64,000 nucleotides of DNA from contig JBDLTB010000015.1 in assembly GCA_039799245.1 (NCBI GenBank), positions 9,759-73,758 on the forward strand, written 5' to 3'. Source of the DNA: Cyanobacteriota bacterium. Lineage in GTDB: Bacteria; Cyanobacteriota; Cyanobacteriia; PCC-6307; Cyanobiaceae. The translations under genes were made by a program, and so were the position numbers. A model generated the notes under the pieces. It saw only the letters and a program-made list of their open reading frames with translations, made no database searches and was not told the origin of the DNA. Each line of letters starts with the position of its first letter. Position 1 is the first letter of the stretch. Shown here one piece after another: positions 30,153 to 39,169 of this stretch.

Positions 30153-31592
30153 ATGTTTGAAAGCTATGCCCCAAACGGCGGTTTCGACGAATACATGAGT
30201 CCCACCCACACCCCCCGCCAGGCAATGGGGAACCTGATGGATCAGTTGGGGGCCCTGGGTCTTCCCCAGCTCAACCGCAACCACCAGGCCGCCGAAAAAC
30301 TCTTAAAGCGCCTAGGGGCCACCTTCCGGTTGAACAGTGGCTCCGAGGGGGCCAGCGAGCGGATTCTTCCCTTTGATCCCCTACCGCGCCTGATCGACCA
30401 TGACGATTGGCAGGTGCTGGAGGCGGGCCTGATCCAACGGCTCGAGGCCATTGATCTGTTCCTCGCCGATGTCTATGGCCCCCAACTCATCCTCAAGGAT
30501 GGGGTGATCCCCGCCGATGAGGTTTTCAGCAGCCATGGCTGGCGGCCGGAAATGGTGGGGGTGCTGCCCCCCCTGGGGCGTTGGTGTCAAATTTCAGGCC
30601 TAGATCTGATCCGCGATGGGGAAGGCACCTGGCGGGTGCTGGAAGACAACCTGCGCTGCCCCTCAGGGGTGGCCTACTTCCTGGAAAACCGCCGGGTGAT
30701 GAAGCAACTATTTGGGGGGCTGTTCAGCAGCCAACGGGTCACCCCCATCGATGACTACGCCTCCCAGTTGCTCCAAACCCTCCAGGACATGGCCCCCTGG
30801 AGTGGCAGCCCAAGGGTGGTGCTGCTAACCCCCGGGGTGCACAACAGCGCCTACTTCGAGCACAGCTACCTGGCGCGGCTGATGGGCATCCAGCTGGTGG
30901 AGGGCCAAGACCTGGTGTGCAGCGAAGGCAAGGTATGGATGCGCAGCACCACCGGCCTAGAGCGGGTCGATGTGATCTACCGCCGCATCGACGACGATTT
31001 CCTTGATCCCGAATGCTTCCGTGCCGACTCGATGTTGGGGGTGCGCGGCCTGATGGAGTGCTACCGCCAGGGCTCCATTGCCATTGCCAATGCCCCTGGC
31101 ACCGGCGTGGCCGACGACAAGCTGATTTATGCCTATGTGCCGGAAATGATCCGCTACTACCTACAACAGGAGCCGATCATTGAAAACGTCACCACCTACC
31201 TCTGCTCCCGCCCCAACGACCTCACCTACGTGCTGGAGCATCTGCCATCCCTGGTGGTGAAAGCGGTATCTGAGGCTGGCGGCTACGGGATGTTGATTGG
31301 CCCCCATGCCAGTGCCCAGGAATGTGCCGAGTTCCGCGAAAGGATCAAGGCTGATCCCCGCAATTACATCGCCCAACCAACCCTGCAGTTATCGACGGTG
31401 CCCTCCTTGAGCAATGGGGAGCTCTACCCCTGCCATGTGGACCTGCGGCCCTACATCCTGCGGGGTCGCCAGAGCTGGGTAACCCCCGGCGGTCTCACCC
31501 GGGTGGCACTCAAACGTGGTTCCCTGGTGGTGAACTCCTCCCAGGGCGGCGGTAGCAAAGACACCTGGGTGGTCTCATGCTCAGCCGTGTAG
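30153..31592 (+). CDS. circularly permuted ATP-grasp type 2 protein (COG2308, DUF404/DUF407)
   Basis: About 480 aa with the family-typical N-terminus (YDEY-like ...GFDEYMSP), VLEDNLRCPSGVAY, IANAPGTGVADDK and VVKAVSEAGGYGM motifs. Heads the COG2308-COG2307-COG1305 gene order. Confidence 0.85.
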   Translation: MFESYAPNGGFDEYMSPTHTPRQAMGNLMDQLGALGLPQLNRNHQAAEKLLKRLGATFRLNSGSEGASERILPFDPLPRLIDHDDWQVLEAGLIQRLEAIDLFLADVYGPQLILKDGVIPADEVFSSHGWRPEMVGVLPPLGRWCQISGLDLIRDGEGTWRVLEDNLRCPSGVAYFLENRRVMKQLFGGLFSSQRVTPIDDYASQLLQTLQDMAPWSGSPRVVLLTPGVHNSAYFEHSYLARLMGIQLVEGQDLVCSEGKVWMRSTTGLERVDVIYRRIDDDFLDPECFRADSMLGVRGLMECYRQGSIAIANAPGTGVADDKLIYAYVPEMIRYYLQQEPIIENVTTYLCSRPNDLTYVLEHLPSLVVKAVSEAGGYGMLIGPHASAQECAEFRERIKADPRNYIAQPTLQLSTVPSLSNGELYPCHVDLRPYILRGRQSWVTPGGLTRVALKRGSLVVNSSQGGGSKDTWVVSCSAV

Positions 31593-32539
31593 CCGAACAG
31601 CTGTACTGGATCTTCCGTTACGTGGAAAGGGCCGAAAATCTGGCGCGCTTCCTGGAGGTGAGCCAGTCCATGGCCCTAGACACCCCCATGGAAGGAAACG
31701 ATGTATGGCTGCCCCTGATTGATGTGTGCGCCGACCGCAGTCGTTTTGAGGAATTACATCCCGGGGGCGGCGCCAAGGAGGTGGGGGAATATCTATTGCG
31801 GGAGGCAGACAACCCCAATGCAATTCGCAATTGCCTAGCCATAGCCCGGGAAAATGCCCGCCAGATCCGCGAGGTGATTCCCAACGAATTTTTTGAAGAC
31901 CTCAATGCCCTTTACCTGGACCTGGAGGATGGCGAGCCCTTCTGGCAACTGCCAGAACAGGAACAACTCCAGCAGATCCGCAGCCGCTGCCAACAGCTCT
32001 ATGGCATCGCCGATTCCACCATGCGGCGGGATCTCAGCTGGCAATTTGCAAACCTAGGGCGGCTGATTGAACGGGCTGATAAAACCGCCAGAATTCTTGA
32101 TGTGAAGTACTTCTTGTTGCTGCCCAGCCTCGAAGATGTGGGGGGCGCCCTCGATGAACTCCAGTGGATCGCCCTGTTGCGTTGTGCCAGTGCCTATCAG
32201 GTGTTCCGCCAGCACACCCAACAACCGATCAGCCCCAGTGGGGTGGCTGCTTTCCTGCTACTGGACCCGGCCTTCCCCCGCTCGGTGCGCTACTGCCTCA
32301 ACGGCGTGGCAGAGGCCCTCAATGGCATCGACCAACGACCCCTAACGGAAGGGGCCGACGACCTGGCCCGCACCATGGGACTGCTCCAGGCCCACTGGAA
32401 CTACAGCCGGGTGGAAGAAGTGGTTAACCGGGGACTGCATGAGGTGATCGACACCCTGCAACAACAGTTAAACCAACTGCATCGTCTGATTGAAGAGCGA
32501 TACTTCATTAGTTCCCACGGTTCCATGGAAGCGATCTAG
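31577..32539 (+). CDS. alpha-E domain protein (COG2307, DUF403)
   Basis: Characteristic N-terminus MLSRVAEQLYWIFRYVERAENLARF. Overlaps the ATP-grasp gene by 16 nt. Confidence 0.8.
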   Translation: MLSRVAEQLYWIFRYVERAENLARFLEVSQSMALDTPMEGNDVWLPLIDVCADRSRFEELHPGGGAKEVGEYLLREADNPNAIRNCLAIARENARQIREVIPNEFFEDLNALYLDLEDGEPFWQLPEQEQLQQIRSRCQQLYGIADSTMRRDLSWQFANLGRLIERADKTARILDVKYFLLLPSLEDVGGALDELQWIALLRCASAYQVFRQHTQQPISPSGVAAFLLLDPAFPRSVRYCLNGVAEALNGIDQRPLTEGADDLARTMGLLQAHWNYSRVEEVVNRGLHEVIDTLQQQLNQLHRLIEERYFISSHGSMEAI

Positions 32540-32544
32540 GCGCC

Positions 32545-33414
32545 ATGCATGTTCGCCTGAGCCACCAGCTCACGTACTCCTACAGCAAACCGGTGCAACT
32601 AGGTCCGCACCGGCTGTGCCTAATGCCCCGGCCGTTGGGCTTCCAACGGCTGATCAGCCATCAACTGCACTTCACCCCGGAACCTTGCAACAAATTTCAA
32701 TTGATGGCGGCCGGCGGGGATCAGATTCTGCGCACCCGTTTCATCGGCAGCACCGACCGCTTTGAGATCCTTTCCATCTCCGAGCTAATCACTGAAACCC
32801 CTCCCCTGCTTGAACTTTGCCTAGAGGAACAGTCCCCCCGGCTCCCGTATCCAATCGGACGCCTAAATGGTGATCTGCTGAGCAATCTTCAGGGCTGGCT
32901 CCCCAACGGCCAGCACGACCCCGCCGCCGTGACCCTGGCCCAGGAGGCCCTAATCGGCAGCGACCACCATTGCCTCACCTTTCTGCAGCAACTGATGGAA
33001 ATGATCAAGGAAAGGGTTAGTTACACCAAACGCCACCAGGGGCCCCCCTGGCCCGCCGGCCGCACCCTGCGGGAACGGGTGGGCTCCTGCAGGGACCTGG
33101 CGGTATTGATGCTGGAGTGCTGCCGGTCCATTGGTCTACCCAGCCGTTTTGTGAGTGGTTACCACCTGGTGGAACCGGCCCCCAAGGCCTACGACCTCCA
33201 TGCCTGGACGGAGGTGTATCTGCCGGGGGCTGGCTGGCGCGGTTTTGACCCCAGCGGTGCTGGACCCGTGGATGAGCGTTACATCGCTGTGGCCAGTTCC
33301 TCAAATCCCGAACTCACCGCTGCTGTTAGTGGCAGCTTCAATGGGCCCCCTGGGGTGGAAAGCCGCCTGAGCTGGGACATCCGCGCCACGGAACTCAGCT
33401 TGATCACCCCATGA
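32545..33414 (+). CDS. transglutaminase-like cysteine peptidase family protein (Bact_transglu_N + core)
   Basis: N-terminal HQLTYSYSKPV...HRLCLMPR. Catalytic triad context GSCRDLAVLMLECCRSIGLPSRFVSGY / HAWTEVYLPGAGWRGFDPS. Confidence 0.85.
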   Translation: MHVRLSHQLTYSYSKPVQLGPHRLCLMPRPLGFQRLISHQLHFTPEPCNKFQLMAAGGDQILRTRFIGSTDRFEILSISELITETPPLLELCLEEQSPRLPYPIGRLNGDLLSNLQGWLPNGQHDPAAVTLAQEALIGSDHHCLTFLQQLMEMIKERVSYTKRHQGPPWPAGRTLRERVGSCRDLAVLMLECCRSIGLPSRFVSGYHLVEPAPKAYDLHAWTEVYLPGAGWRGFDPSGAGPVDERYIAVASSSNPELTAAVSGSFNGPPGVESRLSWDIRATELSLITP

Positions 33415-35447
33415 GCAGCTCCCCCCTGCCCGCCTGGATGACCACCGCGGCCAAGGAGGCCAGGGCCCGCTTCCAGGGGGCGGGCATGGCCCTCACCCTG
33501 GGGGGAGAACCCACCTACGTGCCCATCGATCCCCAGGGGCCGGAATGGACCGTGGCGGCCGATGGCCCCACAAAACTGCCCTTGGCCCGGGCCCTGGCCC
33601 GGGAACTGCAACGCACCAGCCTGCCCGGCAGCCTTTGTTTCTTCTGCCCCGGCAAGCACTACCCCGGCGAAACCAACCCCCGCTGGGCCCTGCGGCTGCT
33701 CTGCCAACGGGACCTCAGCCCCTTGGTGCCCTGGCCCGGGGCCGGCCCGCTAACTGAGCCGGCCCAAGGGCTGTTGAAAGCGATTGGGACGGCCTTGGGC
33801 CTGGGGCTGGAGCCAGTGGCACTCCAGGATCCCCTGGCGCCAGAACGGCAGGTGTGGGCTGTGCCGCTGTCCCACGATGGCTTCACTTGGGCCAGCTCCC
33901 CCTGGCCCCTGGAGGCGGCTGAACGGCTGTTGGTGGCCACGGAAGGGCCCCCGGGCTTGCGCTTGCCGCTTCAACAGCTGCCGGAGGGGGTGCCGCGCCA
34001 GGTGCTCACCCTTGATCAAACCAGCGAAGGCTGGGGCCTTTTTCTACCGCCCCTGGAACAGGACAGCTTTGAAGAACTGATCCGGGCGATTGCTGCCCTG
34101 CTGGCCAGCAAAGCGCTTACCGCCCCAAACCTAAGCGGGGTGGTGCCCTTTGACCTAGAGGCCCGCTGGACCGTGCTGGGCCTCGCCGCCGACCCGGGCG
34201 TGCTGGAGATAAATCTGCCGGTTTGTGCCACCTGGGAGAGCTATGCCCATTGGCTGTTGCAATTAGAGGCCGCCGCCGCCGAGGTGGGACTGCGCTCCTG
34301 GAAGCAAGACGCCGCCGGCAAAACCTGCGGCACCGGCGGTGGTAACCATCTGCTCTGGGGCGGACCGACCCTGGCGGAGAACCCCCTATTCCAGCGACCC
34401 AGCTGGCTGGTGGCGTTGCTACGCACCTGGCAGCACCACCCCAGCCTGTCCTATCTATTTGGCAGCGACCCGGTGGGTGCCGCCAGCCAGGCCCCCCGGG
34501 CGGATGCCATTGCCGGCGACCTGCTTGACCTGGAACTGGCGCTATCCAGCCTTGAACAACTACCAGAGGGGGACCATCGCCAGGCCATCGGCGAAACCAT
34601 GCGCCATCTCCAGGTGGATCGCAGCGGTAACTCCCACCGCAGTGAAATCAGTTTTGATAAATACTGGAACCCTGGCTCCATGGTGGGTTGCCAAGGCCTA
34701 TTGGAATTCAGAGCGCTAGAAACCCTGCCCCAGGCCCAATGGATGGCGGCCGTGGCCCTGCTCTGGAGTTGCCTGGGCGCCCAACTACTAGACCCCGAAC
34801 AAAGACCGACAAAACTGATGCCCCATGGCCAGCGGCTCCATGACCGCTACCTGCTGCCCACGGTGCTGTGGCAGGACCTGGAGGGGCTATTGCTGGAACT
34901 GGGGCTAAACGGCCTACGCCTCGACCCCGAGCTATACCACCGGATCTGGGCATGGCGCTTTCCCTTGTTGCTGCAATGGCAGGAGGGCAATTGTCGGCTG
35001 TGGATACGCCGGGCCCTGGAACCCTGGCCCCTGCTTTCCGACATGCCTGAACTGGGGGCCATCACCAGCCGCTTTGTGGACACCTCGATGGAACGGCTAG
35101 AAATCGGCTGCTCCGGCGGCTTCTTAGATCACTACCAACTGCGGCTCAATGGCCGCAGCCTGCCCTTGCAGCGGGGGGTGGTGATCCCTGAGGCGGCGGA
35201 AGCCCTAGGGGGCGTGCGCTACCGCCACAGTCACCTTTTTCCCTGCCTACATCCACAGTTGCCCGTGGATCTGCCCCTGCAACTGACCATCGAAAAGCGC
35301 AACGGCACCCCCGTGGCTTGCTTCGAGCGCCGGGCTGATCAGTCTGAGTTTGGGGTTGGCAGCAACGACCACTGGCCCCGACAAAATGATCAAGCCCTAA
35401 CCACCTGGCACCGGGATGACATTTGCGTGGACCTAAGGCTGAGCTAG
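33411..35447 (+). CDS. DUF2126 protein (predicted glutamine-synthetase-like amidoligase, usually fused to a transglutaminase)
   Basis: LTLGGEPTYVPID...PEW...GKHYPGETNPRWAL pattern of DUF2126. ATGA overlap with the preceding transglutaminase gene. Confidence 0.75.
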   Translation: MSSSPLPAWMTTAAKEARARFQGAGMALTLGGEPTYVPIDPQGPEWTVAADGPTKLPLARALARELQRTSLPGSLCFFCPGKHYPGETNPRWALRLLCQRDLSPLVPWPGAGPLTEPAQGLLKAIGTALGLGLEPVALQDPLAPERQVWAVPLSHDGFTWASSPWPLEAAERLLVATEGPPGLRLPLQQLPEGVPRQVLTLDQTSEGWGLFLPPLEQDSFEELIRAIAALLASKALTAPNLSGVVPFDLEARWTVLGLAADPGVLEINLPVCATWESYAHWLLQLEAAAAEVGLRSWKQDAAGKTCGTGGGNHLLWGGPTLAENPLFQRPSWLVALLRTWQHHPSLSYLFGSDPVGAASQAPRADAIAGDLLDLELALSSLEQLPEGDHRQAIGETMRHLQVDRSGNSHRSEISFDKYWNPGSMVGCQGLLEFRALETLPQAQWMAAVALLWSCLGAQLLDPEQRPTKLMPHGQRLHDRYLLPTVLWQDLEGLLLELGLNGLRLDPELYHRIWAWRFPLLLQWQEGNCRLWIRRALEPWPLLSDMPELGAITSRFVDTSMERLEIGCSGGFLDHYQLRLNGRSLPLQRGVVIPEAAEALGGVRYRHSHLFPCLHPQLPVDLPLQLTIEKRNGTPVACFERRADQSEFGVGSNDHWPRQNDQALTTWHRDDICVDLRLS

Positions 35448-35479
35448 ATCCAAACCCCAGGGCTCAGCACCAGCAACCC

Positions 35480-35965
35480 TCACCAACAACAGCCGTGCAA
35501 TTTCGGCAAGGGGGCCGTGCGATTGGTTACCGCAAACAGCCGGGGGATGTTGGCACTGTTGTAAACCCGGAACTCCCGCAACACATCGGCCCCCGGCTCC
35601 CGCACCGCCTGGTTCAACACCGTGGAGCCGTCGGGGTCAGAGATGGAGCGGTGGAAGGTGCCGGGGGGGATGCGCAGGATGTCGCCACCGGTTTCAAGCC
35701 GCACAATATGAAACGGATAATTCCAACCCAGATTCACCAGATAGAAAGTGCGTCCCCCATGCAGGGCTAGCAAATTGTCCTCCTGGTGGGGATGCAGATA
35801 AAACTGCCAGCTGCCAGCGCCGGCATCGGGGGGACTTACGGCCGACCCCCCATGGATCACTAAATCCCTGGCATTTGAGCCAGCCACAGTCACATCAAAA
35901 AAACGCACCGCAGGGGTGTCGCGGAAGCGTTCGTAAGGGATCAGCTCAAACATCGGCACGGCCAT
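35480..35965 (-). CDS. cupin-domain protein (metal-binding motifs intact)
   Basis: Cupin motif 1 FYLHPHQEDNLLALHGG and motif 2 GDILRIPPGTFHRSIS. ATG 35965 or 35953 is preferred over TTG 36046. Confidence 0.6.
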   Translation of the reverse strand: MAVPMFELIPYERFRDTPAVRFFDVTVAGSNARDLVIHGGSAVSPPDAGAGSWQFYLHPHQEDNLLALHGGRTFYLVNLGWNYPFHIVRLETGGDILRIPPGTFHRSISDPDGSTVLNQAVREPGADVLREFRVYNSANIPRLFAVTNRTAPLPKLHGCCW

Positions 35966-36220
35966 GGCATCAACGGGAAAGCGGGAATAGCTCCAGTCAG
36001 TCAAACAACCGGAGCCGCTGCTACTACAACCGCTACGGAATTCCAAATTGCCCCGTAAATACTCAGAACGGTGTCATCGATCACAATCGCCCCCCAGGCC
36101 AGCCCGCACACTGGTGCCCCGGCCTGAAAAGGTTGGGGCATGGGACAGGTGGGCGGTGTCTTAGGGCATCGCCTTTTTTATGGCAACCATGCTGCATCCC
36201 TGCCATCAGCTCAGCAACCC

Positions 36221-37093
36221 ATGCAGATAGCCATTGAGCACCGCCTCAGCTACGAATACGAGCGGCCGGTCTTCCTGGAACCCCACAGCTTGCGGCTAAG
36301 CCCCCGCCAAAACAGCAGCCAGCGCCTAATCAGCCACGGGCTTGAAATATCTCCCAGCCCCACCGGCTGTTGCAACGTTCTGGAACCAGACGGCAGTGAT
36401 GGCCAGGTGTTTTGGTTCAATGACCCCTGCGACCATCTCGAGATCAGGGTCTGCTCTGAACTAGAAACCCTGCGCAGTAACCCCTACGACTGGATCCTCA
36501 CCGAAACCACTGGCCAAACCCTTCCCTTCCCCTATGAGCCAAGCCTGGCGGCCAGCCTCCAGCCCTATCTGGTCAGCCTGGCCAGTGATGCGGTAACCGC
36601 CTGGGCTGCGGCCCAGGCGGCCGTAGTGGCCGGCGCCACTGCGGCCTTCCCCCAACAGCTGGCCGACGAAATCCACCACAACTTCGAGCACGGCAGCCGC
36701 CCCGAGGGGGAGCCCTTCAGCCCCCACGACACCCTCAGCCAGCGCAGCGGCGCCTGCCGTGACATGGCGATGTTATTTATTGCCGCCTGCCGCAGCCAGG
36801 GCCTGGCCGCCCGCTTTGTGAGCGGCTATTCGATCCACCATCCGCCGGAGGTAACCGAACAGGAGTTGCATGCCTGGGCGGAGGTGTACCTGCCCGGGGG
36901 CGGCTGGCGTGGCTACGACCCCAGCCTCGGCCTGGCGGTGGCCGATGGCCATGTGGCCCTAGTCAGCGCCCCAGACCATCGACTTGCCGCTCCGGTAAGC
37001 GGTAGCTACCGGGGCACCGGAGTACAGGCCCGGTTGAGCTATCAGGTAATAATCAGCAGCACTGAAGTGCAGCAGCAGCAAGCAATGGGCTAG
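36221..37093 (+). CDS. transglutaminase-like family protein (paralogue of 32545..33414)
   Basis: MQIAIEHRLSYEYERPV...HSLRLSPR, GACRDMAMLFIAACRSQGLAARFVSGY and HAWAEVYLPGGGWRGYDPS. ATG at 36221. Confidence 0.85.
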   Translation: MQIAIEHRLSYEYERPVFLEPHSLRLSPRQNSSQRLISHGLEISPSPTGCCNVLEPDGSDGQVFWFNDPCDHLEIRVCSELETLRSNPYDWILTETTGQTLPFPYEPSLAASLQPYLVSLASDAVTAWAAAQAAVVAGATAAFPQQLADEIHHNFEHGSRPEGEPFSPHDTLSQRSGACRDMAMLFIAACRSQGLAARFVSGYSIHHPPEVTEQELHAWAEVYLPGGGWRGYDPSLGLAVADGHVALVSAPDHRLAAPVSGSYRGTGVQARLSYQVIISSTEVQQQQAMG

Positions 37094-37887
37094 TCCCCCC
37101 GCAGGGGTTGGGGCATGGTCACGGGGGCAGGCAGGGGGGCGCAGGCCGGCACCCGCTCGGCCACCACCTGGCCGATCACCACAATGGCTGGCGCCCCAAA
37201 GCCCTGGGCCTCAGCTTCCTCAGCCAGGTCGGTGAGGCTGGCGATCAGTTGTTTTTGACCGCTAACGCTGCCCTGCTGAATAATCGCCGCCGGCGTCTGG
37301 GGGGCGAGGCCCCCAGCCAACAGCTCCTCACAGATGCGACGCAGGTTGTGCAATCCCATGTAAATCACCAAGCCATCGCTGCTGCGGGCTAGGCCGCGCC
37401 AATCCACCCCGGGCCGCCCCTTCTCAATCTCCTCATGGCCCGTCACAAAGGTCACCGATGAGCCAGCCTTGCGGTGGGTTACCGGAATACCGGCATAGGC
37501 GGGGGCCGCAATGCCGGCGGTGACGCCGGGCACCACCTCCACCGCCACGCCGTTTTCCACCAGAAAAGCCGCCTCCTCACCGCCCCGGCCAAACAAAAAG
37601 GGATCACCGCCCTTGAGCCGCACCACACAGCGATGCTGGCCGGCCAGCTGCACCAACAGGGCATTGGTGTCTGGTTGGGGCACCGAATGCTGACCGCGGC
37701 GCTTACCAACGGCGTGCAGTTCACAACCCTCCTTCAGGAGTTCCAACAACTCCAATGGCACCAGGGCGTCATACACCAGGGCATCACAACGCTGCAGGAG
37801 CCGATGGGCCCGCAACGTCAACAGTTCAGGGTCCCCAGGACCGGCGCCCACCAAATAAACAATTCCAGCTACGGTCCCAGAGGTCAT
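37090..37887 (-). CDS. cobA: uroporphyrinogen-III C-methyltransferase (SUMT)
   Basis: VYLVGAGPGDPELLTLRA, VVRLKGGDPFLFGRGGEE and GVTAGIAAPAYAGIP. ATG 37887 forms an ATGA overlap with the upstream gene's stop. Confidence 0.9.
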   Translation of the reverse strand: MTSGTVAGIVYLVGAGPGDPELLTLRAHRLLQRCDALVYDALVPLELLELLKEGCELHAVGKRRGQHSVPQPDTNALLVQLAGQHRCVVRLKGGDPFLFGRGGEEAAFLVENGVAVEVVPGVTAGIAAPAYAGIPVTHRKAGSSVTFVTGHEEIEKGRPGVDWRGLARSSDGLVIYMGLHNLRRICEELLAGGLAPQTPAAIIQQGSVSGQKQLIASLTDLAEEAEAQGFGAPAIVVIGQVVAERVPACAPLPAPVTMPQPLRGD

Positions 37888-39116
37888 GCCAACAAGAGGA
37901 GCTGCTCCAGCAGCAAACGGCGAAAACGGAGCTGTTGCAGCAGGGGCGGCCACACCTGTACCCCTGGGGGCCGATCCCAACGCTGCAGCGTCTCACTGAG
38001 TCGATTGGCCGCCACCGCCAACGGCACCAGTAAGGCAGGGCCGTCACTGTAAGCAGCCACGTCCCAGGGGCGGATGGGCACCCCCAGCCGCTGGGCCAAG
38101 GCCTGGGGATAGCGGGCCGCCAGGGTCCCCCCCAGGGGATGGTGAAGCAATTCAGGGCGCCAGCCCTCGGCCTGGGCCTCCCCCAGGGCCTCGGCCAGCC
38201 CCTGCTGCCAGCGGGGCCAGGCCCCAAGGAAAGGCAGGCGCCGCAGGGGCCAACCCCTGAGCCGCCACTGGGCGGCGATCGCCGGCAAATCCTGGCGCAC
38301 GTGGTGACCTGGCAGTTGAAACAGGGGCACCAGGGTGAGCGGAGCGGGCTCCAAAACCAAAGCCTGGTCCGCCGCCGCCGGATCGGTGAGCGGCTGCAGG
38401 ATCACCCGACAACCCCGTTGCTGCCGCAGCTCCTCCGCCAACTGCCACAACTCCTGGGGCACCACCCCGCCACTCCGGCCATGGATCAACAACAACAAAT
38501 CAGAGGGGGGAGCCGCCGCGCGGCGCCGGGCCAGCCGGGGCGCCAACAGGGGATCAACTCCCCGGGCCGCCACCGCAGAAAGTCCCTCCCTTGCCCAGGG
38601 CAGCCGGGCCAACAGGTCCATGGCCAGGGCCGCCAGCTGGGGGTCCAGATCAGCAGTTAGCTCCACCAAGAGCTGACGCAGGGGCCCCAGGGGCCAGCAG
38701 CTCAAGCCGCGAGCCAGCCCCTCGAGGGCCCCCCGCCGCAGGGCCAGGGGGCCGGGGTTAAGGGCCAGGGCCAGGAGCCGAGGAAAATCCTGGGGATCCC
38801 GCTGGTAACCCAGCAGGGGAAGCAGCACGGCCCCCAGGGCTGGATCTGGGCTGCCCCCCTGGGCTGGGCCAAGGGCCTGGCGCAGCAGGGCCGCCGCCGC
38901 CGCCCCCTGGGGCCGCCCCACCAAATCGGCAAACTGCCCCAGGCCTGAAGCCATCCCCCCGGTTAGGAGCTGCTCCAACCACCAGGCCAACAGGGCCAGG
39001 GCCTGGTCCGCACTGAGCTCGGCCAGGCGTTCGGCCAGGCCCTCCCTATCCAGGGTCAGCTCACCAGCCCGAAGGGCGGCCAGCCAGTCATCCGGGGCCA
39101 GATCCACGGTGGGCAA
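37884..39116 (-). CDS. CbiX/SirB-like chelatase domain protein with a Leu/Ala-rich helical N-terminal extension of about 200 aa
   Basis: The C-terminal half carries LLLLIHGRSGG... and LVPLFQLPGHHVRQDLPAI (compare CbiX lllvgHGS / P.fl..G.H...DiP). Sandwiched between nirA and cobA. The TTG start is uncertain. Confidence 0.55.
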   Translation of the reverse strand: MPTVDLAPDDWLAALRAGELTLDREGLAERLAELSADQALALLAWWLEQLLTGGMASGLGQFADLVGRPQGAAAAALLRQALGPAQGGSPDPALGAVLLPLLGYQRDPQDFPRLLALALNPGPLALRRGALEGLARGLSCWPLGPLRQLLVELTADLDPQLAALAMDLLARLPWAREGLSAVAARGVDPLLAPRLARRRAAAPPSDLLLLIHGRSGGVVPQELWQLAEELRQQRGCRVILQPLTDPAAADQALVLEPAPLTLVPLFQLPGHHVRQDLPAIAAQWRLRGWPLRRLPFLGAWPRWQQGLAEALGEAQAEGWRPELLHHPLGGTLAARYPQALAQRLGVPIRPWDVAAYSDGPALLVPLAVAANRLSETLQRWDRPPGVQVWPPLLQQLRFRRLLLEQLLLLA

Positions 39117-39169
39117 CAGCTCCTCTCAACTTCGCACTGCGGCTAGCCCAACATTGATCACTGCACCGA

